This document shows positions 24,401-36,120 of a stretch of DNA of 64,000 bases, in pieces. Under the pieces are notes generated by a model. That model did no database searches. It had not been told where the DNA came from and saw only the letters and a program-made list of their open reading frames with translations. Position 1 is the stretch's first letter, and each line of letters starts with the position of its first letter. This DNA is from Amoebophrya sp. A120. Its lineage: Eukaryota; Protista; Dinoflagellata. The stretch covers positions 5,547,985-5,611,984 of the forward strand of contig CAJINV010000003.1 of assembly GCA_905178155.1 (NCBI GenBank). Reading direction: 5' to 3'. A program made the translations under genes and the position numbers.

Positions 24401-27400
24401 CCGCGGCGGGTCTCCCGTATACTTCGTTTCATTGCAAACGGCCCCCGCGAAGGCCAGGGCCGCGCCCTCGTTCATGGGCGGCAGCATGGCATCGGCGGCA
24501 AGCATCTGCGTCCAATTCACTGAGGTCGTGTCCACCCTCCTGCGCAGGTTCGAGTCACCGGCTGGCTCGGTGCAGCCCTGCTGGCAACATCCGGAAAGGC
24601 ACCCGCTTTCCGGATAGGTCCCCTCGGCGAGCGCAGCTGCCTCCGGCAGCCCCAGGCAGTAGGTATCGCCCAACCGGCTGATGTAGTACGCTTTGTCAGT
24701 GATATTCGGGGTCGGGCACGTGACGCCGCTGCAGACCGGATAACAACTCTCTTCCCCCCGAGAGGGCCAGCCGCTCCGGAGGCGATAATGTTCGTCACAA
24801 CTCTTGCAGTATTCGGCCTCGTGCCCAACACAAAACCCCAAAGTCTCAAGCTCGCCATTGTGGCAGACACAAACGGTGGTGGTGGTCGTTGTGGTGGTAG
24901 TCGTGGTATTGTCAGCGCACCCAACAAATTGGATCTGGCCCCCGGCGGCAGGACAAAAAAACCGCGGCGGGTCACCAGTGAACTGCGCCCCGTCACAGAC
25001 AGCCCCTGCAAAGGCGATCGCGTTGCCGCTGGAGACAGGAGGAAGCATTGCGTCACTAGCTAGCGTCTGAGTCCAGTTTACTGCCGCAGTATCCACCCTG
25101 TGATATAAAAAAAAGTCGTTTTTTCGCAACCAAAAACTAGTACTCTGTTTGTCAGCATCAGTTTTAAGGCATTTCAAGCAGATTTACTTCACCATCCAAG
25201 TCAAGGCCAAAAAAAAAGACTCAAAGCACTCACATACCTCTTTTCCAGCTCTGAGTCCGCAGCAGGCTCAGTGCACCCTTGCTGGCAGCAGCCGGCAAGA
25301 CAGCTGGCCTCTGGAAAAACGCCTTCCTGCAGAGCTTCTGATTGGGAAAGGCCAATGCAGTAGGTGTCACCCAGCCTGCTTATGTAGTATGCGCTGTCCG
25401 TGAGGTTTGGCGTCGGACAAGTAACTCCCTCGCAAATGGGATGGCATCCATGTTCACCGGTCTCGGGCCAGTCCATTCGCAGGCGATAATGTTCGTCGCA
25501 ACTCTTGCAGTATTCCGCCTCGTGCCCAACACAGAACCCCGAAGTCTCAAGCTCGCCATTGTGGCAGACACAAACGGTGGTAGTAGTCGTTGTGGTGGTA
25601 GAGGTAGTCGTGGTATCGTCAGCGCACCCAACAAATTGGATCTGGCCCCCGGCGGCAGGACAAAAAAACCGCGGCGAATCACCAGTGAACTGCGCCCCGT
25701 CACAGACAGCCCCTGCAAAGGCGATCGCGTTGCCGCTGGAGACAGGAGGAAGCATTGCGTCACTAGCTAGCGTCTGAGTCCAGTTTACTGCCGCAGTATC
25801 CACCCTGTGATATAAAAAAAAGTCGCTTTTTCGCAACCAAAAACTAGTATTCTGTTTGTCAGCATCAGGTTTAAGGCATTTCAAGCAGATTTACTTCACC
25901 ATCCAAGTCAAGGCCAAAAAAAAGACTCAAAGCACTCACATACCTCTTTTCCAGCTCTGAGTCCGCAGCAGGCTTAGTGCACCCTTGCTGGCAGCAGCCG
26001 GCAAGACAGCTGGCCTCTGGAAAAACGCCTTCCTGCAGAGCTTCTGATTGGGAAAGGCCAATGCAGTAGGTGTCACCCAGCCTGCTTATGTAGTATGCGC
26101 TGTCCGTGAGGTTTGGCGTTGGACAAGTAACTCCCTCGCATATGGGATGGCATCCATGTTCACCGGTCTCGGGCCAGTCCATTCGCAGGCGATAACTCTC
26201 GTCACAACTCTTGCAGTATTCCGCCTCGTGCCCAACACAGAACCCCGAAGTCTCAAGCTCCCCATTGTGGCAGACACAAACGGTGGTGGTGGTCGTTGTG
26301 GTGGAAGTCGTGGTATTGTCAGCGCACCCAACAAATTGGATCTGGCCCCCGGCGGCAGGACAAAAAAACCGCGGCGGGTCACCAGTGAACTGCGCCCCGT
26401 CACAGACAGCCCCTGCAAAGGCGATCGCGTTGCCGCTGGAGACAGGGGGAAGCATTGCGTCACTAGCTAGCGTCTGAGTCCAGTTTACTGCCGCAGTATC
26501 CACCCTGTGATATAAAAAAAAGTCGCTTTTTCGCAACCAAAAACTAGTATTCTGTTTGTCAGCATCAGTTTTAAGGCATTTCAAGCAGATTTACTTCACC
26601 ATCCAAGTCAAGGCCAAAAAAAAAGACTCAAAGCACTCACATACCTCTTTTCCAGCTCTGAGTCCGCAGCAGGCTCAGTGCACCCTTGCTGGCAGCAGCC
26701 GGCAAAACAGCTGGCCTCCGGAAAAACGCCTTCCTGCAGAGCTTCTGCCTGGGAAAGGCCAATGCAGTAGGTGTCACCCAGCCTGCTTATGTAGTATGCG
26801 CTGTCCGTGAGGTTTGGCGTCGGACAAGTAACTCCCTCGCAAATGGGATGGCATCCATGTTCACCGGTCTCGGGCCAGTCCATTCGCAGGCGATAATGTT
26901 CGTCACAACTCTTGCAGTACTCCGCCTCGTGCCCAACACAGAACCCCGAAGTCTCAAGCTCGCCATTGTGGCAGACACAAACGGTTGTAGTCGTAGTGGT
27001 CGCATCGCGCAAAAATACTGCATGGTCACCATATACTATTTACAGTGCCTTTTTCTGTTACGTCTCTATTCGTCGGCTTTCCGCCTCCGTGGCGTCGTTT
27101 GAGCAAACACCTCGCATGCCAGACCAAATTCGCTTCCAAAATGCGTATGCAAAAGAAACGAAGACCTTCTATACACACTCTACAAAAAAACATTACACAA
27201 TGCCAATGCGTCCCTCTGCATTTCAAGAAGATCACGGTGACACTAGCGATTTTTCTTTTTGCGGATAGGTTGTAGTTGTCGTGGTGTTTTCCGCACATCC
27301 AACAAATAACACCTCGCTCCCCGCCGTTGGGTATCATGACAAAAGCTATTCTCTTCTCGAACTTTCAATGGAGTATTTGGAATTTCCCACGTCAAATGCT

Positions 27401-30400
27401 TATTTGCGTCCGGACGAAGCCAAACATTTTAAGTGCGATTCGAAATCGACGCAAGGGCAAGTCAGACCGCGGTTTTCACTGCGTGGTACCTACTTGCTCC
27501 ACGTATGAATGAGAATACGCTTTCAAGACGCAAACTCCTTCATCTCCATAAGGGGCAATAAAACTTCGGAGTGTGGAATCAGAATGACACAAGTGAGTCG
27601 CATTATTTTCTTTACAACTTCGCTTACGACTTAGCACCACACTTCGTAGACGTTGCTAATCGTCGCACGAAAATGCCCACGAACTTTCATGTGACGGCAC
27701 AAAAATTAAAACTCGGTGCAAATTAATGCATCTTCATGCAAATTAAGTTGCGACCGTAGTGAGCTCCTTTCACTTTACACACAGAGCGACTCGGCCAATT
27801 CGCGATGAGCCAGAGCAAAAGAAAATGTGTGTGCAGGAGCTTAATTGCGATTCATTGTGACGAATGTTCTCGTGTGATATGGAACGCTTCCCGTGTACTG
27901 CGTATCATTGCAGACGGCTCCAGCGAAAGGGATTGCTTCGTCGACGTGCCATTAACACGAAAACTACTGTCGCTCAGCTTTAGTTTTGAAGATGCACAAT
28001 TATAAGCATAGATGATACAAATTGAGCATGAGAAGGCGTCTTGCGTCTGCGACTGTAAAAGAAAGACTTCATCGTCAACAAGCTAGAAATAGGATGTGAC
28101 ATCAGTAGCAAAGTGGATACTTACGCAGAAAGCAGCTACGTACTCACACGCGACTCCTGTATTAAACTCCTTTACAAGCAAGTGACATTCTGCCAAATGG
28201 AAGCCGTCACGGTTACTATTCTGGCTGCAGCGCCAATCATTCAAATCATGCAAGTCCGCATTTTTGAAAGCACCAGGTGAGAAAGCGTCAATGTGCTGGT
28301 AGAATGACGAGCGCACGCTTCTTAGTTGTGCCATGTGCATAGTACATTACTCATCTTCAAGCATTTGATGCACAGCCGCGGGGCATCTGCGACTGGGAGC
28401 AAGAGGAAAAACCTTATCAGGACTGCTGCGACACCTGGCGTTTCCACCTTGTGCTTTTCGCAAAGCCACCAGCAGTTTTCGTTTATTGCTTTCCTCTCTA
28501 CTTCATAAAGCCATGGGTGGAAGCATACTGTCGCCCGTGAGAAGCTGGTGCCAGCTGAGTCCCGAAACATCCACTCGTTTTCGAAGATCGGATTGTGCGT
28601 CCGGTTCTTTGCACCCCTGGCGGCAGCATCCCGCTCGGCAGCCGGCTACCGGAAACTATCAAATGTAAAAATGTCTGGGTCTGGAAACTTGTGATGCTGG
28701 GTGGCGTCTCATGATGAGGCCAGAAATGCTGGCTCAGCATCACAAGTTTCTGAGCTTCTAGGTGTTGCCTATTCTGCATGACAAACTGCGTTTCTGCATC
28801 ACAGAAAAATGGAGCTCTTGGGTAACTTGCATGACAGATTTAAGAGTCATGCCAGACAAGCATGACAAACATGCATTCTTCCAGACCCAGACATTTTTAC
28901 ATTTGATAGAAACACGCCGGGCGCAAGAGCGTCGGCAGCGGAAATGCTCATGCAGTACGTATCCTCTAGTCTGCATCCAGAGTAAAAACGTCCCCACCTG
29001 ATAGTCATGTCAGATTCGCATACACAAGCCAAAAAAATTCTGGCTGTGTGCTGCGCATGACATAGTACACAGACTGTGCTAAAACTGCGGCAAAACTTCG
29101 CGCGCCAGATGGTTCATTGTGCAAGAAGACTTTCCTATGGGTCTGTGGTGTAGTCATGGTTTTGGTTATTCTTATTTCGTGCAATCAAGTTCCTTCTATA
29201 TCTTGTTTCAAGCAGCATAACAAATTCTCAGATATTGACATCGGCGAGCGCTTCGCATGGAGTCCTCCTCTTCCCGCATGAGGAACAATTTGCATTTGGT
29301 TTTGGGCACGGCACTTTAGTCGTAGATCCAGACTTGCATGACAAAAAATATTGGGTGAGGGCGTCGTTTTATTTACACAGGATATTCTGCTCACATAGTA
29401 AGACCCATCCGAGGGATCCGGTGCGAGGCAGGTCGCCCCCCCGCACGTGGGGAAGCAGCTTTTCTGCCCGTCAGCTGGCCAATTCTCCCGGAGGCGATAG
29501 TTGTCGTGGCAGCTGCTACAGTATTCCGCGAGCTGCCCTGGGCAGGTGCCCGTGCTCTCCAGATCCCCGTTGTGGCAGATGCAGACCGTGGTACTGGTAG
29601 TGGTGCTCGTGGATGTGGTGGTGGACGTCGTTGTGGTGCTCATACACGTTCCAACAAGCTGTTTCTGTTGTGGTTTCTATTTTTCTCAAAATGCCGCGCC
29701 GGCCTCTGAAACGCACTCGCAGAAAGCCGCCCCCGCCCCGTTCGATCAATACTAGCAACCGCGTCCACGACCTTCTCGATAGTGTAGTTGCAGCTGAAGA
29801 TGTCTGTACAAATACATGTACATCTCTCGGAACCTACAAAACCGCAAGCGGTGGCCCAGTTCGTTCGGAGAAATTCGGTTGGGTTGATCTTGTTGAGGGG
29901 TTGCGGAAAGCAGGGGTTGCGGGATCATAGGGTAGGGCGGGCTACTTGAGAGGCGGGCAGCTTGCGAGCGGTGGTTCGTGTGAGGGCCAGCTGTGAGAGA
30001 TCGGTGGCTGCGAGCAGGCCGGTCGCTCCCGAACGCCGCGCCTGCGGAATAGATCTGGCAGCAACAAACATTTGACGGCGGCGGCGATTTTTTTTTAGGC
30101 GTACTATGGCTCGCAGTGGACTTTGAAATTGTAAAAAGATAAAGAACATCAAGGGTGCATTTTGAAAAAGCGAGAACGCCTGCTACAGAAACAGATTTTT
30201 GGACGCTCATAGTCGTGCTCGTGGACGTCGTTGTCGTTGTGCTCGTCACGGCCTCGTCGCATCCGAGGAACTGTACCTCGCTCCCCGCCGCCGGACAGAA
30301 GAACTTGGGCGCGTCGCCGTGCCACACCGTTTCATTGCACACCGCACCCGAAAACGTCATCGCCCCGTTGCTGCTCATGGGCGGCACCATGTCCTGCTTT

Positions 30401-33400
30401 GTCAGGAGATCCTTCCACTCGATGGCACTCACGTCCACCTTCCGCAACAGGTCCGAGGATGCTGCCGGGGCCGTGCAGCCCTGCAGACAACACGAAGCCC
30501 TGCACGCCGTCACGGGAAACGCCCCGGCCGCGAGCGCCTCCGCCTCCGAGAGGTTATCACAAAAGGTATCAGCGAGACGGCTGATGTAGTACGAACCGTC
30601 GCTGACATCCGGGGCCAGACAATCAGCTCCCCCGCACGTGGGGTAGCAACTTCGCTGGCCCGCAGTTGGCCAGTCCACCCGCAGTCGGTACGTGGTGTCG
30701 CAGCTCTTGCAGTATTGCGCATCGATTCCCAGGCACAGACCACTGGCGTCTATGGCCTTCTCAAGTAGTTAGTACATTCCCGACCGCTCCTGCATGAATT
30801 TGGGATGCTAAAACAACCGCGCCGTGGTCTGTCCCCTCGTCCATTATCGCTACGGAAGCAAGCGGCCTCCGCAGGCGCTGGAAAGGAATTGTAGCAAACG
30901 TGAAAGGATGGACCGTGCGTGGCTTACATAATTACTTAGTTACAGATGATTCGGTGCGTTCTATACCCTATTTAGCGCGTCGAGAACTTGCTACGCGAAG
31001 AAACTTGATCGTGTGCAGTGTGCTAGTGCAGCTCCTGCGTGACGATTTCATGCAACAGTTAAGCATGTAACGTTTGAGAATCTCATAGTTTCCACGTCTC
31101 CGTTGTGGCAAACGCAGGGCGTCGTGGTGGTCGTGGTCGTGGTGGTACTCTCTGCACAGCCAACGAACGCAACTTCAGCACCCGCACTGGGGCAGTAAAA
31201 CGCAGGAGTGGCACCGGTGTATTTTGTCTCGTCGCACTGGGCGCCGGCAACTGCGATCGCGTCGCTGCTGTTCATACCAGGAAGCATATCGTCGCCCGCT
31301 AGCGGCTGCGCCCAATCAATGGCAGTTGTGTCCACCCTCTCCTCAAGCTCAGACGCAGGGGCCGGCGCAGTGCATCCTTTCTGGCAACACGCGTGCACGC
31401 ACCCTACTTCCGGAAAAGTGCTTTCCTTGAGCGCGTCTACGGTGGAAAGGCCGCTACACTCGGTACTGTTTGACTTCCTTATGTAATAAGCCTGGTCCGG
31501 TGCATTTGGCGCTGCGCAGGTAACGCCTGCACAGGTGGGGTAACAGCTTGTCTCGCCCGTCGCCGGATAGTCCACTTTCCGGACGTAGTTCGCGTCGCAC
31601 TCCTTGCAATGCTGCGCTTCGTGGTGCGCGCACTGTCCTGAAGTCTCAAGCACCCCGTTGTGGCACACGCACACTGTGGTGGTGGTGGTCGTAGTCGTCG
31701 TGGTCGTGGTGGTTGACGTAGTGGTAGTGGTGGTCGTAGTAGTCGTGGTAGTCGTGGTGGTACTCTCTGCACAGCCAACGAACGCAACTTCAGCACCCGC
31801 ACTGGGGCAGTAAAACGCAGGAGTGGCACCGGTGTATTTTGTCTCGTCGCACTGGGCGCCGGCAACTGCGATCGCGTCGCTGCTGTTCATACCAGGAAGC
31901 ATATCGTCGCCCGCTAGCGGCTGCGCCCAATCAATGGCAGTTGTGTCCACCCTCTCCTCAAGCTCAGACGCAGGGGCCGGCGCAGTGCATCCTTTCTGGC
32001 AACACGCGTGCACGCACCCTACTTCCGGAAAAGTGCTTTCCTTGAGCGCGTCTACGGTGGAAAGGCCGCTACACTCGGTACTGTTTGACTTCCTTATGTA
32101 ATAAGCCTGGTCCGGTGCATTTGGCGCTGCGCAGGTAACGCCTGCACAGGTGGGGTAACAGCTTGTCTCGCCCGTCGCCGGATAGTCCACTTTCCGGACG
32201 TAGTTCGCGTCGCACTCCTTGCAATGCTGCGCTTCGTGGTGCGCGCACTGTCCTGAAGTCTCAAGCACCCCGTTGTGGCACACGCACACTGTGGTGGTGG
32301 TGGTCGTAGTCGTCGTGGTCGTGGTGGTTGACGTAGTGGTAGTGGTGGTCGTAGTAGTCGTGGTAGTCGTGGTGGTACTCTCTGCACAGCCAACGAACGC
32401 AACTTCAGCACCCGCACTGGGGCAGTAAAACGCAGGAGTGGCACCGGTGTATTTTGTCTCGTCGCACTGGGCGCCGGCAACTGCGATCGCGTCGCTGCTG
32501 TTCATACCAGGAAGCATATCGTCGCCCGCTAGCGGCTGCGCCCAATCAATGGCAGTTGTGTCCACCCTCTCCTCAAGCTCAGACGCAGGGGCCGGCGCAG
32601 TGCATCCTTTCTGGCAACACGCGTGCACGCACCCTACTTCCGGAAAAGTGCTTTCCTTGAGCGCGTCTACGGTGGAAAGGCCGCTACACTCGGTACTGTT
32701 TGACTTCCTTATGTAATAAGCCTGGTCCGGTGCATTTGGCGCTGCGCAGGTAACGCCTGCACAGGTGGGGTAACAGCTTGTCTCGCCCGTCGCCGGATAG
32801 TCCACTTTCCGGACGTAGTTCGCGTCGCACTCCTTGCAATGCTGCGCTTCGTGGTGCGCGCACTGTCCTGAAGTCTCAAGCACCCCGTTGTGGCACACGC
32901 ACACTGTGGTGGTGGTGGTCGTAGTCGTCGTGGTCGTGGTGGTTGACGTAGTGGTAGTGGTGGTCGTAGTAGTCGTGGTAGTCGTGGTGGTACTCTCTGC
33001 ACAGCCAACGAACGCAACTTCAGCACCCGCACTGGGGCAGTAAAACGCAGGAGTGGCACCGGTGTATTTTGTCTCGTCGCACTGGGCGCCGGCAACTGCG
33101 ATCGCGTCGCTGCTGTTCATACCAGGAAGCATATCGTCGCCCGCTAGCGGCTGCGCCCAATCAATGGCAGTTGTGTCCACCCTCTCCTCAAGCTCAGACG
33201 CAGGGGCCGGCGCAGTGCATCCTTTCTGGCAACACGCGTGCACGCACCCTACTTCCGGAAAAGTGCTTTCCTTGAGCGCGTCTACGGTGGAAAGGCCGCT
33301 ACACTCGGTACTGTTTGACTTCCTTATGTAATAAGCCTGGTCCGGTGCATTTGGCGCTGCGCAGGTAACGCCTGCACAGGTGGGGTAACAGCTTGTCTCG

Positions 33401-34413
33401 CCCGTCGCCGGATAGTCCACTTTCCGGACGTAGTTCGCGTCGCACTCCTTGCAATGCTGCGCTTCGTGGTGCGCGCACTGTCCTGAAGTCTCAAGCACCC
33501 CGTTGTGGCACACGCACACTGTGGTGGTGGTGGTCGTAGTCGTCGTGGTCGTGGTGGTTGACGTAGTGGTAGTGGTGGTCGTAGTAGTCGTGGTAGTCGT
33601 GGTGGTACTCTCTGCACAGCCAACGAACGCAACTTCAGCACCCGCACTGGGGCAGTAAAACGCAGGAGTGGCACCGGTGTATTTTGTCTCGTCGCACTGG
33701 GCGCCGGCAACTGCGATCGCGTCGCTGCTGTTCATACCAGGAAGCATATCGTCGCCCGCTAGCGGCTGCGCCCAATCAATGGCAGTTGTGTCCACCCTCT
33801 CCTCAAGCTCAGACGCAGGGGCCGGCGCAGTGCATCCTTTCTGGCAACACGCGTGCACGCACCCTACTTCCGGAAAAGTGCTTTCCTTGAGCGCGTCTAC
33901 GGTGGAAAGGCCGCTACACTCGGTACTGGTTGACTTCCTTATGTAATAAGCCTGGTCCGTTGCATTTGGCGCTGCGCAGGTAACGCCTGCACAGGTGGGG
34001 TAACAGCTTGTCTCGCCCGTCGCCGGATAATCCACTTTCCGGACGTAATTCGCGTCGCACTCCTTGCAATGCTGCGCTTCGTGGTGCGCGCACTGCCCTG
34101 AAGTCTCAAGCACCCCGTTGTGGCACACGCACACTGTGGTCGTATCAGTTGTTGTCGAGTCAGTGCCACGAACGCAGTGCAGCGACTGCGGTATCAACAA
34201 ACTGAGCAGTCCAAGCAGCACAAGTGAGGAACAACGGCCTCGGATATTGAAACTCTGCGTCAACAGACGACGCGAATGCCCCCAGCAACCACTTCGCGGC
34301 GCACCTGAACCGCGTATCGAAAAGACAAAAAAACTTTTCGGCAAAAATCCCACGACGCATGCGCGTCTTTTTGCATACTTACGGAGGTAGTTTGTATACT
34401 TTATTTTCGACAT
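21486..34413 (-). CDS. Giant mucin-like surface protein: N-terminal hydrophobic segment, 12 copies of a 16-Cys domain (about 175 aa) with poly-Thr linkers, C-terminal hydrophobic anchor
   Basis: Repeat VCVCHNG.LETSG.C...C..CD..Y......P..G..SCYP.C.GVTC...YYI......C...GC...CC..GC...F.CP.AG..V.FVGC; SLVLLGLLSLLIPQSLHC near the N-terminus; reconstructed end INPR|ALAQTTVQAVTAAAGAVYVAAAGWALLNFR*; junction at 22740-23270 unresolved. Confidence 0.85.
21584..22004 (-). mobile_element. Degenerate introner intron
   Basis: IR cagaaaaggactacacccat / atgggtacgggtacttttctttggata; DR tagcg/tcgcg; element+5 removal yields the hydrophobic C-terminal exon. Confidence 0.7.
22058..22329 (-). mobile_element. Non-canonical introner intron, family A
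   Basis: TIR tgcaaatatgtcttggtctggaaa / tttccagagccagacacatttgca; DR ctccg at 22053-22057 and 22330-22334; gives QIVPE|PIITTT; body similar to 63176-63435. Confidence 0.9.
22391..22605 (-). mobile_element. Non-canonical introner intron
   Basis: TIR tatgacaatgcccaactccc / gggagttgtgcaccgtcata; DR cgttg/cattg; gives KNDIN|AAVTAT. Confidence 0.8.
23676..23875 (-). mobile_element. Non-canonical introner intron, family E
   Basis: 25-bp TIR with 1 mismatch (tatcccacagaaaaaagcaggcagg); DR cactc/cactg; restores repeat consensus GAV|CNTTQY. Confidence 0.9.
24800..26990 (-). repeat. Three approximately 700-bp tandem units, each with the same canonical GT-AG intron (25098-25237, 25805-25943, 26505-26644)
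   Basis: Near-identical units; AAGAG|gtatgt...tcacag|GGTG gives ELEKR VDTAA. Confidence 0.92.
27003..27267 (-). mobile_element. Degenerate introner intron in poly-Thr linker
   Basis: catcgcgcaaaaa / tttttgcggata; DR ggtcg/ggttg; joins TTTT|TTTT. Confidence 0.75.
27332..27550 (-). other. Non-canonical TAT...ATA intron (decayed introner)
   Basis: DR ttggg/agggg; joins micro-exon KFYCP to (S/T)AGSEVLFVGC as required by the repeat consensus. Confidence 0.65.
27572..27879 (-). other. Non-canonical intron (decayed introner)
   Basis: DR cggag/tggaa; joins YTGSVP|KFYCP. Confidence 0.65.
27950..28507 (-). other. Non-canonical intron (decayed introner)
   Basis: Subterminal IR acgaaaactactg / cagcagttttcgt; element+5 removal joins LPPMA|VDEAIPFAGAVC. 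Confidence 0.6.
28657..28908 (-). mobile_element. Non-canonical introner intron, family A (perfect TIR)
   Basis: Perfect 30-bp TIR tatcaaatgtaaaaatgtctgggtctggaa; DR gaaac at 28652-28656 and 28909-28913; removing 257 nt gives GVF|PVAGCRAGCC. Confidence 0.95.
28974..29384 (-). mobile_element. Non-canonical introner intron, family C
   Basis: catccagagtaaaaacgtccccacc / ggtgagggcgtcgttttatttacacaggata; DR gtctg/ttctg; gives YYVSR|LEDTYC. Confidence 0.85.
29641..30211 (-). mobile_element. Degenerate introner intron in poly-Thr linker
   Basis: IR cgttccaacaagctgtttctgt / acagaaacagatttttggacg; DR gtgct/gtcgt; joins Thr runs in frame. Confidence 0.6.
30751..31087 (-). mobile_element. Non-canonical introner intron
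   Basis: IR tatggccttctcaa / ttgagaatctcata; diverged DR; element+5 removal gives consensus HNGDVE|TSGLC. Confidence 0.8.
31140..34140 (-). repeat. Five nearly identical, intronless 615-bp coding tandem repeats
   Basis: Identical shadow ORFs recur every 615 bp (31208, 31823, 32438, 33053, 33668); only a few substitutions in the last unit. Confidence 0.97.
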
Positions 34414-36120
34414 ACATGTTTTTGAAAGTACAATCCCTTGGTCGCTACGATTGGAGTTCGACGATGGTCCAAATCCTTTATGTTTACCATTTCCGTTCGA
34501 CAGGAGTCTTTAATCCTTCATGGAAGCGGAAATACTTTCCGTAATCCAGCAGAAAGTAGTGCAAGACGAAACCTCCAAGAAGGAATCCCGCGTATTAAAT
34601 GCGGCTTATGTATGGAAAAGGGCTTATGTGCAAAACCTCCGTGAGTGCCACTTCTACAGAGTTCTAGGTTGTCTTTTCCAGCATAGCAGCACATCCGCAA
34701 ATATCCGCAGCGCCATGCACCATCTGTGTCGTCAGGTACAATTTGGGAAAATGCTCCTGCGGTCGGGTCCCAGGGTGAAAAATACGGCGAACACTACGGA
34801 CCTCGTGCTAGTAGTGCTGGTAGAAAGATACTTACTCCAAGAGGCAGGGCGAAGGGCGCAGTCAAAATCTTCTGTCAGCGTATCACAGCACTCGAAAACG
34901 CTGATATTTCCGTGCAGCAGCCCGGCCGCAGCTCTCGTCGGTATTAAAATGTCACGCCGATGAAAAGATACTGCGTAGTACACGCGACCACCGTTCTGCT
35001 CGACGAGTAAGAAAAAGGCTGTGGCTGAGCAAACGCTGCCGCTGCGTTACGAAACGACACTGACTCCCTGCTGGTCCCAGCAGCATCAGTTGTACATCAT
35101 CAAGTGGGTCATTATGTTCGAAAGAGCTGTGACGCAGTCCAAACAGAAACATCTTGCGGTGACAATTGTAAACAGGCTGATAATATCGTCGATCTGGTAG
35201 TACATACAACTACCGGTCCGATGGTGTACAACGCGCGTACTTAATGCAGCTGACGAAAGGTTGCCGCCTCCAGGTGGGAACTGATGGGCCCATCGGGGCT
35301 TCGGATTCATGCTCGGAGACTACTTACCGTGACGCTGAGCGTTCCTGTTGCACTTGCAACGAGGCACAGACCTGTACTATGGAAGATCAAGAGATCATAG
35401 GTGCATGCAAACCGAACAGTTTTCCCAGCACCCCCCTGCGCAGCGTCAAGCGGTCCCGTGACGCTCATCCGTCTATAACCTTCGACCGCTTGGTCTTGGT
35501 GCTAGCTCACCGGTGGTATCCATTTGCCATTCAGTTCTTTGGACTGCGCAGTCAAGACAACAACGACGTGGACAAAAATCTATCCATGTAGCTGCCACAT
35601 CATGATTTGATTTTGAAATGTCCACATAGCAAGCAAGCGTATTATAGCAAAGATATATTCAAATCATGGAGATACTTACCTGTATACCGTATTCTGTATT
35701 CTTATTCTACATGTAATCATATTAAATCAAGCCTACTTCTTGGAAGACGGTGTGCACGTGTAGTGCATCATACCTAGATTGTATAATATCTCGAGTGTCC
35801 TAGTAGCACCATCAGGGCTTTTTCATTCTTGTTCTGCAGTCCAAATTCGGTCGAGTTTTAACTTGTCGAAGCCGCGCAGAGCGATGAAGAATAACCCGCG
35901 CAATCAGCGGCGAGAATTTCAACATAATAAAAATAGATTTTAGACTTGACATTCTTGTTTTCCTGGCGACCGCGACTTCAAAAATTTTGATTTTACACAG
36001 AATATTTTCGATATTTTTTCCCCCTACCTAGTCTAAGCATCCCAACAACCATGTACTCATCTTCATGGACATGCCACGACAACGCGGAGCTTTGTATCTT
36101 GATTGAATTGCGGCGGTCGT

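Noticed and set aside
31105-34390. Plus-strand poly-Val ORFs repeating every 615 bp
   Set aside because: Antisense shadows of the poly-Thr coding repeats
35672-35682. ATACTTACCTG, identical to the U1 snRNA 5' end
   Set aside because: Downstream sequence shows no U1 stem-loops; more simply the reverse complement of a consensus donor CAG|GTAAGTAT on the minus strand
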